DNA of 63,951 nucleotides, filler included, from Reclinomonas americana ATCC 50394 (GCA_048213135.1; 9 parts of 3 records of this genome joined end to end with filler, not necessarily neighbours in it); one strand, 5' to 3'; positions 49,703 through 61,463 are shown, counted from the first letter of the whole stretch. Translations and numbers: made by a program. Notes: generated from the letters alone by a model not told the origin.

Positions 49703-52700
49703 CGACGACCAGCCGTCCACCGCGGACAACTCGGAACCGCCACTCCGATCGCGACAAGGAGCGCTTCTGTCGTCGTCTGCCGATAACGACGACGATCTCG
49801 AGCCGTTGTTGTTGTTGGAGTCGGGATCGATTTCACGCCCACCGCTGCCCACAATGAGCAAAACGGTGTGCCTCCCTCTCTTCATGTGTCCACACCCTCG
49901 CGCAACCTGCATCTCTGCCCATCCTTGCCCTTCTTCTCCGCCTCGCCTTCTCATCCTCCACGTGGTCTCACGTCTCGCTCTCCCTTTGACTGCTTCTCTC
50001 CCCATCCTCCGTTCTCCTCCTCTTCCTTGCTTCATCTTCCTCCTGCTGTCGCCTCACCTTCCACCTCCTTGTCGTTCTTTTCTGCTTCATCAATTGTATC
50101 ATCCCCATCCCTCTCCTCTTGCCTCGTTCGTCCCTCATATAACCCTCCTTTTTCCCACTCTCACCTTCCACGTCCTCATTTTTGTTCACTCCTCCTATAT
50201 CGTCTCTCCTCATGCTCCTCCTCCTTCCACCTTCCACCTTCCACCTTCCTCCTCCTCCACCTTCCACCTTCCACCTTCCACCTCCTCCTCCCCCTCCTTC
50301 ACCATTCCCTTCCTCATCCTTCTCCCTTCATTCCACGCACAGGCCAGCAAGCACGACGAGGAGGCGTGCACGCAAGACTCCTGCATGACCGACACGGTGC
50401 CGAAACCCAGCGCCGAGGTGCCGTCACTTCCTCACCTTTCTCTCTTGTGCTGTCGCTCATTCTCCTTTTCATTCCGCGCAGCTCTTTGTCATGCCCCGCT
50501 CTCCGCACGGGCAAGTCGCAGCCGCCGCCGCCACCACCACCACCACCACCACAGCGGCCATGGCCGCCCCTGCGCCCGCCGATGGACACCACAAGCTCGT
50601 GCCTGGTTGGTGGTCGCATCCTTCCCTTCTCTCCGTCACTCTTTACCTCACTGCACTCCACTGCACAGGCGCCAGCAGCAGTCTTCCGACCTCGGTGCAC
50701 CCTCGCACACCGCCGCGCCGTCCGTTCAGTCAGACGGGCGCACGCGCAAAGCACGGCGACGATGGCGATGACGACGACGACGACGACGCCGACGATCAGG
50801 ATGCCAAGCGTGCGGCCGAGGCCGATGCCGATGCGGCGGATGGAGCGCCGCCTCGCAAGCGTGCCCGTCACACGGCCACTGCCGTCGACTCACCGCACAC
50901 GATCCGCCCGAAGAGCCTGACGGCCAACATGGCCGGCGTCGCCGCGGCTTTATCACCGCCGCTGCCGTCCATTCCCCATCCTCCTCCCCCGCCGCCTCCG
51001 CCGCCGCCACCTCCACCCGCCCCACCGCTCAACATGGGAGCGCCGTTGCTTGACGCCTCGCTCTCGTCGTCTCGCTCCAACGGCTCGCACACGGCGCTGC
51101 TCGACGAGGCCGACGACACGGACGAGGAGCAGGTTTGCGTTTCTCAAGATTTCCATCGCAGCTGCTGTCGCTCATGTGCCACTCCTGCAGGTCATCAAGA
51201 GCATGGTGCTGCCGATGATGCCGCCGGCGTCGGCAGCCTCAGTGGCGCGCCCAGTGAGTCCGCGGCCGCCGGTGGTGTCGCTCCACGAGCACTACATGGA
51301 GGACGACAATCCACCGCCGCTGCCGATGAAGGCGTGCGCGCAGTTTACGCTGGGCGAGGTTGGTGGTGGCGAGGAAGTGGGGAGGTGGAAGAGCAGTCGC
51401 TCACTGTTCTCTGTGTCTGCAGACGCTGATCATGCGCAAGCTGTCGAAGGTGCTGTCGATGATGAACGAGCAGCAGCATCAGCTGCGCACGCTGGGCGAT
51501 CACGTGGTGGCTGTGGAGGGGTCGCTGGCCAATGAGGTGAGGGGTGACGAAAAGAGGCAACAAGGTGGTGTGGTCTGGTTCTAACCATGTTTCTCGTGTG
51601 CACAGTTCGAGACGCTGCAGAAAATGTTCCAGCACCCCGTCCATCCCTCGACTGTCGGCAGCATGTCACAGCTCTCCGACGCCTTCGAGGCCACTGTCAT
51701 GCGCTTCACCAGCTGCGATATCGCCGGTGCTGAGCTGCGCAAGTTGAGTGTCGCTCTGTCTATCTGCTTTTTCTGCCCGCTTCTCTGATTCTCAGCAGAT
51801 GCATGTGCTCGAGCTACTGGTTTGCCCTGCCGCTGTTTGCCACTCCAGCCGAGCTCGCCCGGTTTGTGCGCTCGCGTTTCTCGTGCGATCTGGTCGAGCT
51901 GGACGATCACCAGGAGGGTGCCTTTATTCGCCTCGCCAGTTCAAGGGTGTGCCTCTTATTTTCCTGCACCTCTGCCTGTTTATTCTTCTTCGCACTCGCC
52001 TGCCATCGCCTTTCCTTCCCACCCCCCCTCATCGCCTCCACAGCTGTCACAGGAATTGCAGCGCCTGCGCCATCTCGTGTACCGCGCCACCCAGCCGCTG
52101 CGAGTTGCGAGGGTGTCTGTCCGTCCTTCCCTTCTTCCCCCCGTGCTCACACTTCCTCCCTCGCCACGCAGTGCGACCCACTGCGCAGCATCCTGCGCGA
52201 GGTGTGGCGCCGTCGCCAGTCGGACCGCGAGGCGGACAACACGCCAGTGGAGACCTTTGTTCCGGTGCCCATGTGGCGCCGCGATGGTGCGCCGGTGCGC
52301 GACGCACTGCTCAAGGTGCTCCTCGACTGCCAGCGGTGCGTGGTCTTTCGCGGTCGCGCTCTTGCACATTATCGGGGGCGATCTCACTCCCTCCATCCCC
52401 ACACGCAGGCAAGACATGCAGTCGAACCCGGACTACGCACGCGCCCTGCTCACCTGGGAGCAGGTGGCGCTGAGCTGCGGTGCCGGCTCCAGCTCGCGCC
52501 GCGAAACGGAGAATGAGTTTTTCGTTCGTCTCCGCGGCATCATGCTCAAGTGCGAGCAGCTGGTGTCGTCGGACGATGCCGAACGCCTGCGTTTCCATCA
52601 GGTGCGGCGGTCGCGAGCAGAGATGGTGACTTGTCGCCGTGTACTGACCTGCAGGTGCAGTCGATGGCCACTGGCGCCAGCAAGGAGCCGTCGGAGATGT

Positions 52701-52710
52701 TGGAGTCGGA
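49703..52710 (+). CDS. Multi-exon protein of unknown function (P/D-rich disordered region, short coiled coil, helical C-terminal region)
   Basis: About 12 consecutive GT-AG exons stay in frame (e.g. TLIMRKLSKVLSMMNEQQHQL; CMCSSYWFALPLF; NEFFVRLRGIMLKCEQL). Both ends are unresolved. It may be the continuation of the EF-hand gene. Confidence 0.7.
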
Positions 52711-53144
52711 GTATGGTGGTCGTCCGTTGCGTGGTGTATGTTGGGGAGGGAGATTGGGAAAGTGGGAGACTGAATGGTGAGAGCGGGCAGGCATGTGCGC
52801 AAGACGGCGGTGGGCATGGAGCTTGGCGATATCGATGATGGAATTGGTCAGCGAGGTGGGTGAGAAGGGGGGTGATGGGGAAGGGGGGAGAAGGGAAGGG
52901 AGTGGTGGCTTATGTGTGGTTGCAGGCAATGGACTCGGTAGTCTGGATTTGGACGGAGACTTTGAGATGTGAGGGTTGTGTTTTTCGGGGATCCACGTGT
53001 GCGATAGCAAGGAGTACTGTGTGATGCATGAGAATGAAAGGAGATGGAGTTGATGCAATGGAGGGGCACGGAAAGGGGAAAGAGAAGAGTGATTCAAAGG
53101 CAAGGGGTTTGGCGACCATGGAGAGGGAGAAAATATAAGCCAAG

Positions 53145-53720
53145 CAATTCGATGAACAAAGATGAACGAAGGAGCAACAAAGAGAACAGAGTGGCGTGTG
53201 ACATGAAGCCAAGGAATCGATGAACAAGGATGAACGAAGAACAACAAAGAGAACAGAGTGGCGGGCGATAAGAAGCCAAGAGTTCAACGAACAAGGATGA
53301 AAACAATTGACGAAAGAACAACAAAGAGAACAGAGAGGCGTGGGACAGGAAGCCAAGGAATTCGATAAACAAAGATGAACGAAGGAGCAACAAAGAGAAC
53401 AGAGTGGCGGGCGATAAGAAGCCAAGAGTTCAACGAACGAGGATGAACGAAGAACAAAAAGAAAACAGAGTGGCGCGTGCCAAGCAATTCAACGAACAAG
53501 GATGAACGAAGAACAACAAAGAGAACAGAGTGGCGAGTGCCATGGAAATCGATGAACATGGATGAGGGCGCTTGATGAGCAACAAAGAGAACAGAGAGGC
53601 GTGGGACAGGGAGCCAAGGAAATCGATGAACAAAGATGAAGACGCCTGGCGAGAGCAACAACAAGGTGACCAGAGTGGCGCGTGACATGAAGTAAAGGAA
53701 TTCGATGAACAAGGATGCGC
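53145..53720. repeat. ~60-65-bp tandem repeat, about 9 copies
   Basis: GATGAACAAAGATGAACGAAG.A.CAACAAAGAGAACAGAGTGGCG...AAGCCAAGGAAT recurs throughout. Confidence 0.9.
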
Positions 53721-53768
53721 ATGCAGACGCCCGACGAAAGAACAACAGTATGAACTCCTCTTACAAAG

Positions 53769-55570
53769 TTACCAGTTCACTGCTGTCATACATGTCCGCG
53801 ATGTGCATACAAGTCGCGCGATTGATCTGCGAAGACGGGGGCATGGTGAGTGATACGAATAAGGCGGGCAGGCAGATCGCGAGCTGAGCGCAACTGAGGT
53901 AGTTGAGAATGTTCTCCCTGTGACGAAACACAAGAAATGAGTCAGCAAGTTTCGATTCACTCTCCCATCTTCTACGAAGCTCGTGCCAGAAGGGAGAAGG
54001 AGGGGAAAGGAGTGAAGGGGGAGGAAGAAGGAGGGGAAGGGAGTGAAGGGGGAGGGAGAAGGAGAGGATGGGATCACTACTCGGCAGTTTCTCTCCCAAC
54101 GTCACGATTCCTCGGCCTGCTCCCTCTTTCTTGTACACAGGCTGTGCAACATGATCGTGTTCTCTATCGTGCACTCGCTCATTGAGGAGTAGGAGGAGGA
54201 AGACAGGAAGGAGTGCAACGAGAAGAAACAAGAGAATTCATCAGAAAGACAGAATGAGAAGGAGAAGACAATGAGGAGAAGAAACAAGAGACAGAATGAA
54301 CTGGTGCGCTCATCCATGCGTTCTCACACGACCACTCACCAACTGTGTCAAGAACGGCGCCGACCGGCACAGGGGGAACAATGTGAGCGCATGCAAAAGA
54401 ATGAGGATAATGACACACTTGCAGACCTTGACCTGCATATAGGAGTCAGCCACGAGGTCGTGTGAAGAGAAGAAGGCACCGAGACGCACCTAAACAAGTC
54501 GTACTCCTCCTTGGAGAACTCGGCGTTGCTGTATCTGGCACGCTCGTACGCCTCCACGTATGCCTGGCAGGAGAAGCGAGAGAGATCCTGTATGCGGGAT
54601 GGAGAGGGAGCGCACAGAGAAAGGAGGTGAGGGATTATGCAAACAGAAAGTGCATGATCACGGTACCCGCACTTCTCCCAGTCCTCACACGGCGCACCAA
54701 TCTTCAACTCCCACCTCACTTCTCGGAGAAAGTAGGCAAGGACTTGATACAAAACTACTTCTTCAAGATTGACCAACATCCCGCTGACACCTCACGCGAT
54801 AACTCGATCCTCGCTTCTCCGAGATAGGAGGCAAGGACTTGATACAAGACTACTTCTTCAAGATTGACCAACATCCCGCTGACACCTCACGCAATAACTT
54901 CAACCTCACTTCATGGAGAGAGCACGAAAGGATTGACACAAATTATGTCTAACACACCTCACGCGATAACTTCCTCTTCGCTTCTCAGAGAGCTGGAAAG
55001 GACTGATACAAAAACTACTTCGTCACTCACTGCTTCTCTCAACCTTCCCCCTGCTCCCTCCAGCGACTCACCGGAAAATCACCCTGTAGTATATCCATGT
55101 ACTCCCGGACCGTCTGGTTCTGCCGCAGCTGATACCGCACCGGATTGATCTCGCTGGCCAGATCGACAATGTAGGTGTACGAAATGGAGATGTTCAACCT
55201 GCGCACACAAGAGAGTGAATAAGCGTGTGCGTGTGACCCTTTGAATCTCCTCTGCGCAAGCGCAACTTGAAATGACTGTTGTAATCGGCGGTGCCAGGCT
55301 TGCCCCAGCCGAAAAAGTTATCGCTGACGCTGTCGTGAATGTAGGCCGGTTCGGCGCGCAAATTGGCGCACTCGACACTCTCCTCAATCACAGTGTGGTA
55401 GATGGTCTGTGGCGCAATGAGGAGACGGAGGAGAGTGGGAGCGGGAGCGAGGAATACAAGACCTTGCCCATTTCCTTGCGGCGGATTGGCAGGTATCCGC
55501 GGGGGATGTGCGAGAGGCGTTTGCGGTGGACGACGGAGCGGTAGAGAGGGGTGGCGATGAAGAAGAAGAG
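53769..55570 (-). CDS. Dlt1-like membrane protein with DUF4129-like C-terminus; 5' end in gap, last exons tentative
   Basis: Spliced: LFFFIATPLYRSVVHRKRLSHIPRGYLPIRRKEMGK|TIYHTV..FGWGKPG..HFK|LNISISY..QTVREYMDIL..|..AYVEAYERARYSNAEFSKEEYDLFR. The IP..Y.PI, GW..PG and YERAR motifs recall fungal Dlt1. Confidence 0.6.
54715..55020. repeat. Intronic tandem repeat (~95 bp)
   Basis: AGGCAAGGACTTGATACAA.ACTACTTCTTCAAGATTGACCAACATCCCGCTGACACCTCACGC occurs twice, plus degenerate copies. Confidence 0.8.
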
Positions 55571-55658
55571 CTGTGGGAAAGGAGATGAGAGGGGGGAAGG
55601 CACGCAGAGAGTGGTTCAAGAGGAGCGTGAGATAAATGAGACTCACACACAGACAGAC

Positions 55659-55703
<45 letters not shown>

Positions 55704-56088
55704 TGAGAAGGAAGGAAGGGAAGGGTGGAGGAGACGTACACACGACGAGGCTGACGTCGTACCGTACACGTCCGTCGTTCGGTACCGTACGACGACGAAC
55801 GAAGAAGAAAAGAANNNNNNNNNNNNNNNNNNNNNNNNNNNNNNNNNNNNNNNNNNNNTTAATTAATTAANNNNNNNNNNNNNNNNNNNNNNNNNNNNNN
55901 NNNNNNNNNNNNNNAATGGAAGAAGCAAGCGAGAAAGTGCGACTGAGAGTATGTTATTCGGAAAACCGGAGCGAGTGAAGTAGGTGGTAAGCGTGACATT
56001 AATTACGTGACACTGATTAAGAGAGCCTGTGATGCGACTCTCTACGAGCTGTGATCGTTGCGTTCTCATCTCGCACGCGCCTCCGCAG

Positions 56089-58044
56089 GAACCATGGAAA
56101 ATCGTGAGCTCATTGGCGCAGCCGGTGGCATCGAGATGATCGCCAAGTGTCTTCGACTGTACGCACAACGACAATCCGTGGTGCTCGCCGCGTGCGGTGC
56201 TGCGTGGAACTCCACCATCAGTGCGTGCACCCCCTCCTGTCCCGATCCCTCTCTCTTATCTCTCATTGCAACGCGCGCACAGGTCATCCCACCAACAAGA
56301 ACAAGTTTGGTGCAGCGGGCGGAATCACCGATCTGGTGAATGTGGTGCGCATGTACGTGAACGACGCCAAGGTGACGGCCACGGCGTATGGAGCGATTTT
56401 GAGCACGATGATTGGTGAGGCGCATGTGCTGAACTTGCGCACTCGCACACCATGTTTCCCTCACCTCGGCGATTGTGCACACAGATGACGACAACCGTGC
56501 TCGTTTTGCCGCCGCAAACGGCATGACACAGCTGGCCGATGCAGCGCGTGCATACATGGCGCAACCGCGTATTCTGGCCGACATTTTCGGTGCTGCCCGC
56601 AATGCCACAGATCGTGCGTCATTCTCTGCTTTGCCTCCTGCTGCTGCAATGTTAACCTCTCCTTTTCTTGTTTGTCAGGAAACATCACCTGCCGAACGCA
56701 GTTTGCCGACGCTGGCGGCATGGAACTCATTGCCAATGCGCTTCGTCGTCATGCTGAGCACGCGGGCGTGGTGGAGGCCGCGTGTTGCGTGGTGTGGAAC
56801 AGTTGTGTGGGCGCGGCGGTGCCGATTCGGCAGCGCTTCGGGGCGGCCGGCGGCATTCAGCTGCTGGTGGAGGTTATGCAGAGGCACATTGAATCGGCCG
56901 CTGTCATCAAGGCGGCGTGTTGTGCCGCCCGCAATGCGACCATCGGTATGCAGCAGAGACTGGAGGGGATAAAGATGAAATTTTCGCTGACCGTTTCTTT
57001 GTCGCCGTGCAGAGGTGGCCGAGAACCGCACCCAGTTTGGCAATGCCGGCGGGATGGAGCAATTGGTGGCCGTCATTCGGCGACACATGCAAGAGGTGCG
57101 AGTGGTGACTCCGGCCTGCGGTGCTGTGCGCAATTACTCGGCCGGCGGTGAGCGCTCCATTTTGTTGATGAAGACGATGCTTCGAGTGACTCATTGCTCG
57201 CTCTCGCAGGAAATGCAAACAATCAGCGGCGGTTCGGCGAGGCCGGCGGCCTGCAGGTGTTGGTGGATGTAACGCACCGCCACTTGGAGGATTCGACGAC
57301 CATGGAGGAAGTCAGCGGTTGTGTGTGGAATCTCTCCTTTGGTGAGTGTGTGCGATGTAGGAAGGAGTCATGCCCGGGAAGCTCATTGCGCGACAGCGTC
57401 CGACAATCGGCGACGGTGGGGCGAGGCGGGAGGCATGGAGAGGCTGGTGCAGATGCTGGTGCAGCACATGAATGATGCGTCGACGACGTCGACGACGTGT
57501 GTGGCGGCGTGTTTGTCTGTAGTGGGTGAGCCGAGGGGGAGGGGGAAGGGAGGCAGGAGGGAAAGGGAAAGGAGAGGGCAGGGAGGCGAGAGAGGGAAGG
57601 GGGGAGAGGGAAGGGAGGCAGGGGGGAAAGGGGGAGGACATCCCTCTCCTGTTTGCTGCCTTTCCTCCCCCTTCTCACCACCACTCGCAGAGAACCCGGT
57701 CAATCAAAACGCCTTCGCGCAGGCGGGCGGCGTGGAAGTGCTTGTCGACATTATGCAGTGCTTCATGGACTCAAGAGAGGTGATGGAGGGCGCCTGTCCG
57801 GCTGCACTCAGCTGCTGCATTGGTGCGTTTCTCTCTCCCTCTCCCTCTCTTTCTGCGCCAGTGTTGTTTTTGCTCACCAACGGCAACTGCAGAGAATCCG
57901 GCCAATGTGCGACGCTTCGATGAGGCCGGCGGTTTCTCGAAGATTCAGCAAGTACGCGTCGCGCACCAAGGGTCTAACAAGATTCGCGACACTGCCGATC
58001 GCCTGTTGGCGCTCACTGCGCAGCTGCAACAGCCGAATGCATGA
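56089..58044 (+). CDS. Armadillo-repeat protein (aardvark/ARMC6-like), about 10 repeats visible; 5' end in gap
   Basis: Repeats N+..F..AGG.E.LV..M..H......V...ACGA..N. Exons 56089-56220, 56283-56414, 56485-56613, 56679-56945, 57013-57147, 57210-57341, 57397-57525, 57691-57822, 57893-58044. Confidence 0.9.
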
Positions 58045-58579
58045 GTGAAGTGTGGTAGACAGATGCAGCAGCAGTTCATCGTGCCTGCAGTGACGAGAAC
58101 CTCGCGTTAAATCAAGCACATCAAGGGACTTTTCACTGGGTGGCAGCCTGGTTCATCGCTCTGTCCAATGCGCGACAGAGCAGGTCGTCGGCTGCGCGGA
58201 CTGCGCAGGGCAAAGGTAAGTCGTCGTTGTCGAAGCTCTCATCCAGCCAGACATGTTGTAGTACGCACTTCTTGCCATGAGGGGCGAGTCGTCCTGGAGC
58301 TCAGCCGCAAGTCTCGATCTCTTCGGCGCCATCGCGATCAATCCACTTGCAATTGACTCGTGCACCACCTCGAAGCCCTCGATATCCTCGAGAGTTATCT
58401 CTACGTACCTCTGTGCCTCAGTCCCTCCTCACCCTCGTTGCGGGACACCACCTTACACCTCTCTGTAAATCTGTGCTGTCGATGTAAAGCCCATGGTTCG
58501 TAACTCGGGAAACGTGAAAAAATGTACGTGTGACGTGCGGGACAAAAAACAAATTGGCGCCAAATCAAACACGCACGCC

Positions 58580-59090
58580 ATGACGTCGAAGGTGCGGAAA
58601 CAGTTGGCTTTTGCTATGTTATCAACACGTTCCCTTAGCCACGGAGATTTTGTTGATGCACAGGTTCTACGAGGCCACACGGATGTGGTGAACGCAGTGG
58701 CAGTGACACCCGACTGCGAGCACATCGTGAGTGGCAGTAATGACAAGACAGTGCGAGTGTGGTTACTGGCGAGTGGCGAGGAGGTGTGCCGACTGGAAGG
58801 CCACACGGATTGGGTGCTTGCAGTGACAGTGACACCCGATGGCCAGCAGATTGTGAGTGGCAGTGATGACAAGACTGTACGAGTGTGGTCGGTGGCAAGT
58901 GGCGAGGAGATGTGCCGACTNNNNNNNNNNNNNNNNNNNNNNNNNNNNNNNNNNNNNNNNNNNNTTAATTAATTAANNNNNNNNNNNNNNNNNNNNNNNN
59001 NNNNNNNNNNNNNNNNNNNNAAAGATTGTGCTGCGGTGCTTCATCGGCGAGGACGCGGAGGCAGTTCTCTTCCGCGCGCCAATCTTTTGA
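58580..59090 (+). CDS. Intronless WD40-repeat protein, paralogue 1 (middle lost in gap)
   Basis: Same N-terminus MTSKVRKQLAFAMLSTRS and C-terminus IVLRCFIGEDA..LFRAPIF* as 61464-62588. Two repeats are visible before the gap. Confidence 0.85.
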
Positions 59091-61463
59091 GTTTGTAATG
59101 TACGTCGTGCGATGCCGATCCTTGCCTGCGGCAGTGTTTTGCTGAATTGCAGCTTGCTCTCGCTTGCTGCGAGGCTTTCTTGCAAAGGCAGGTGGGTCAA
59201 CTGTAAGCCGACAGCACAATCCAAACTGGATTTGAGAGAAACACGGTGGTCGCGGCGGCGGAGGTGGTGCGGGCCCAGTGAAGGTGCGCGCGTGGATTGT
59301 ATTGGCTCATTCTGTAGCCAATGAAACGAGCCACAAAGTGATGTTTGCGGATCTGCTCGGCGACCTTCCGTCGAGGAGAGCGGCACGTCCAAAGTCAAAA
59401 GTGCTGATTTTTCGCCAGAAATCGACCTTGTTGTCGTCGTGCCGACACCTTCCTCCGAGGCGCTGAGGTCACACCGAGGGTCATCTGAAAGGCCTCTCGC
59501 TGGGCTACTGTGTAAATTCAGAAAAAACAACGCCACTATTTCCTGTCGACCAGGAGGACTGAAACACATGCCGAGATCGACATTTCGCGCGCGAAACATT
59601 GCCTCGGAAATAACAACTCTGTCTTTCTTTTGTGTCGCGAGAGGGGGCCAACAGGGTCATGTGGGGGGCGCCGGCGCCGACCATGGCCAGCGGCCATGAT
59701 GTCGAGATGCATGACCTCGCGTCGCGATCGTGCCTCGTGTCTCCGCCAGCGCCCACTCGGCATTGGCGCCGGCAGTCTCCTGTCACCCCCACCGGGGCAC
59801 GAGCCGCCGCAGCTGCAGCGCACGTTGCACGAGCAAGTGTGCATGCATCAAGCGGCAGTGGCAGCGGTGTCGCGCAGCTGCAGGTGAGAACGTGCCCGCC
59901 TGCCTCTCGACACCGAGTTGTCTCTCTCGCTGTTCCTTGACCACAGTTTGGCGCACACCCCTCCGCCTCAGCCGCACGCGTTCTGGCGTCGTCGTCAGAC
60001 CCCCAGTTCACCATGCCGATGCCCAGTGATGCCGTGTTGTGGTCCCCGATGTTGCCGACGCCTCCTCAATCAATTCCGGTTAGTTTCCCGCTCGGAAGTC
60101 CGCCACAGCTGCCCCCTTCGCTCTACGGTGCGGCGATGCTGTGAGGTACTCATCACGAGGACTGCGCACTTCTCGCGTTCTGTCTGAATCACCCCCACGA
60201 GAAGGTGCTGAAGACGGGAGGGTATTTGCGAATCGCGCACTGCCCGGTGCAGGATGCACGTGCACTCGGCGGGCAAGTTGCTGTACCCGTTGAGGTGTTC
60301 ACCTCACCAGATGGTAGGTCATCTGGTTGCTTGTTCTTCGCATCATCACATCGCTCTGTTGCTCATTGATAGGTGTCACGCTGCGCGCAGCAATGAGACA
60401 CACTCCTCGGGCTGCTGTTCCCGCTGCTGGGCCACATGGCTGACGTTGTTCAGCGAGTATTCGAGTACAGTCGCGGTCGCGGCCACGGCTCACGCAGCAC
60501 CGACGTCAAGTTCCCGGCCGAATGGGGCGACGATCCACATACCTGGCGACCTCTGCAGGCCACTACCGAGATCGCGCTTTGTGTGCCGCCTCTCGCGTGC
60601 CTGTCGAAAGGCCGAGGAAACCTGTCGAGCCTACAAGGACGTGTACACTGGGCCGCTGGGCAGACTGTGGGTGCGAAGCGCGGCTCCTATGGTGCCGCCG
60701 GTGCCTGCGGCGGACGTGGAGATGACCGCGGCCGAGGCGGTCGGTCCCAACGGCGCGCAATGATCTTCCGATTATGTAATGCAAGAGCCTTCCTTTCCTC
60801 CACCAGCGAATGCTTTGCTGCTCCGTTTTCACGTGCAACGGTGGGAGAGAGAGTTTGGGTATACGTATGGTTCTCTTTTACTGGAATGGTCGCGAAGCTG
60901 GGAGGAATCATGTCACGGGGGGTCGGCGACGATGCATGAAATGTGAGGAATTCATGAGCAAAAAATTGACGGATTTCTCGGTCGCTCTTGGTGTCACGCG
61001 CGCAGCGCGACACCCACCGACTCACTCGCCGATGTTCTGAATTTACACAGTACCTGAAGCGCTGCTATACACGCTCATATGACGCACGTCGCCACAGACG
61101 AGGGCAGATGTGTCGGCACGACGCACACTTTGAGCGCTTCGATTTTTTCGCGCCGAAACCTGCGAGCTCCTGTCGGTTTTCTCGCGCCACGAGAAAGCAC
61201 GGCGGTCGTGCCGAGGCTCAGCACGTGCGCCCGTGAGTCGCGCGTCGAATGACCTTAGTCGGGGCGCAAGGAAGTGCGTGGGTGACGAGAACGAGCAATT
61301 TTGCGCGAGGGGGTGTCGATCTTTGACTCAGCCGATTTTCGCGCCCGACTTCAGTCGGCTTACTGACAAATCGACGAAGTTGACCCACCTGCCCTAACAA
61401 AAACAAATTTGGCGCCAAAAATCAACTCGGCCCAACTCCGTGTGAACACACGCACGCCTTGCC

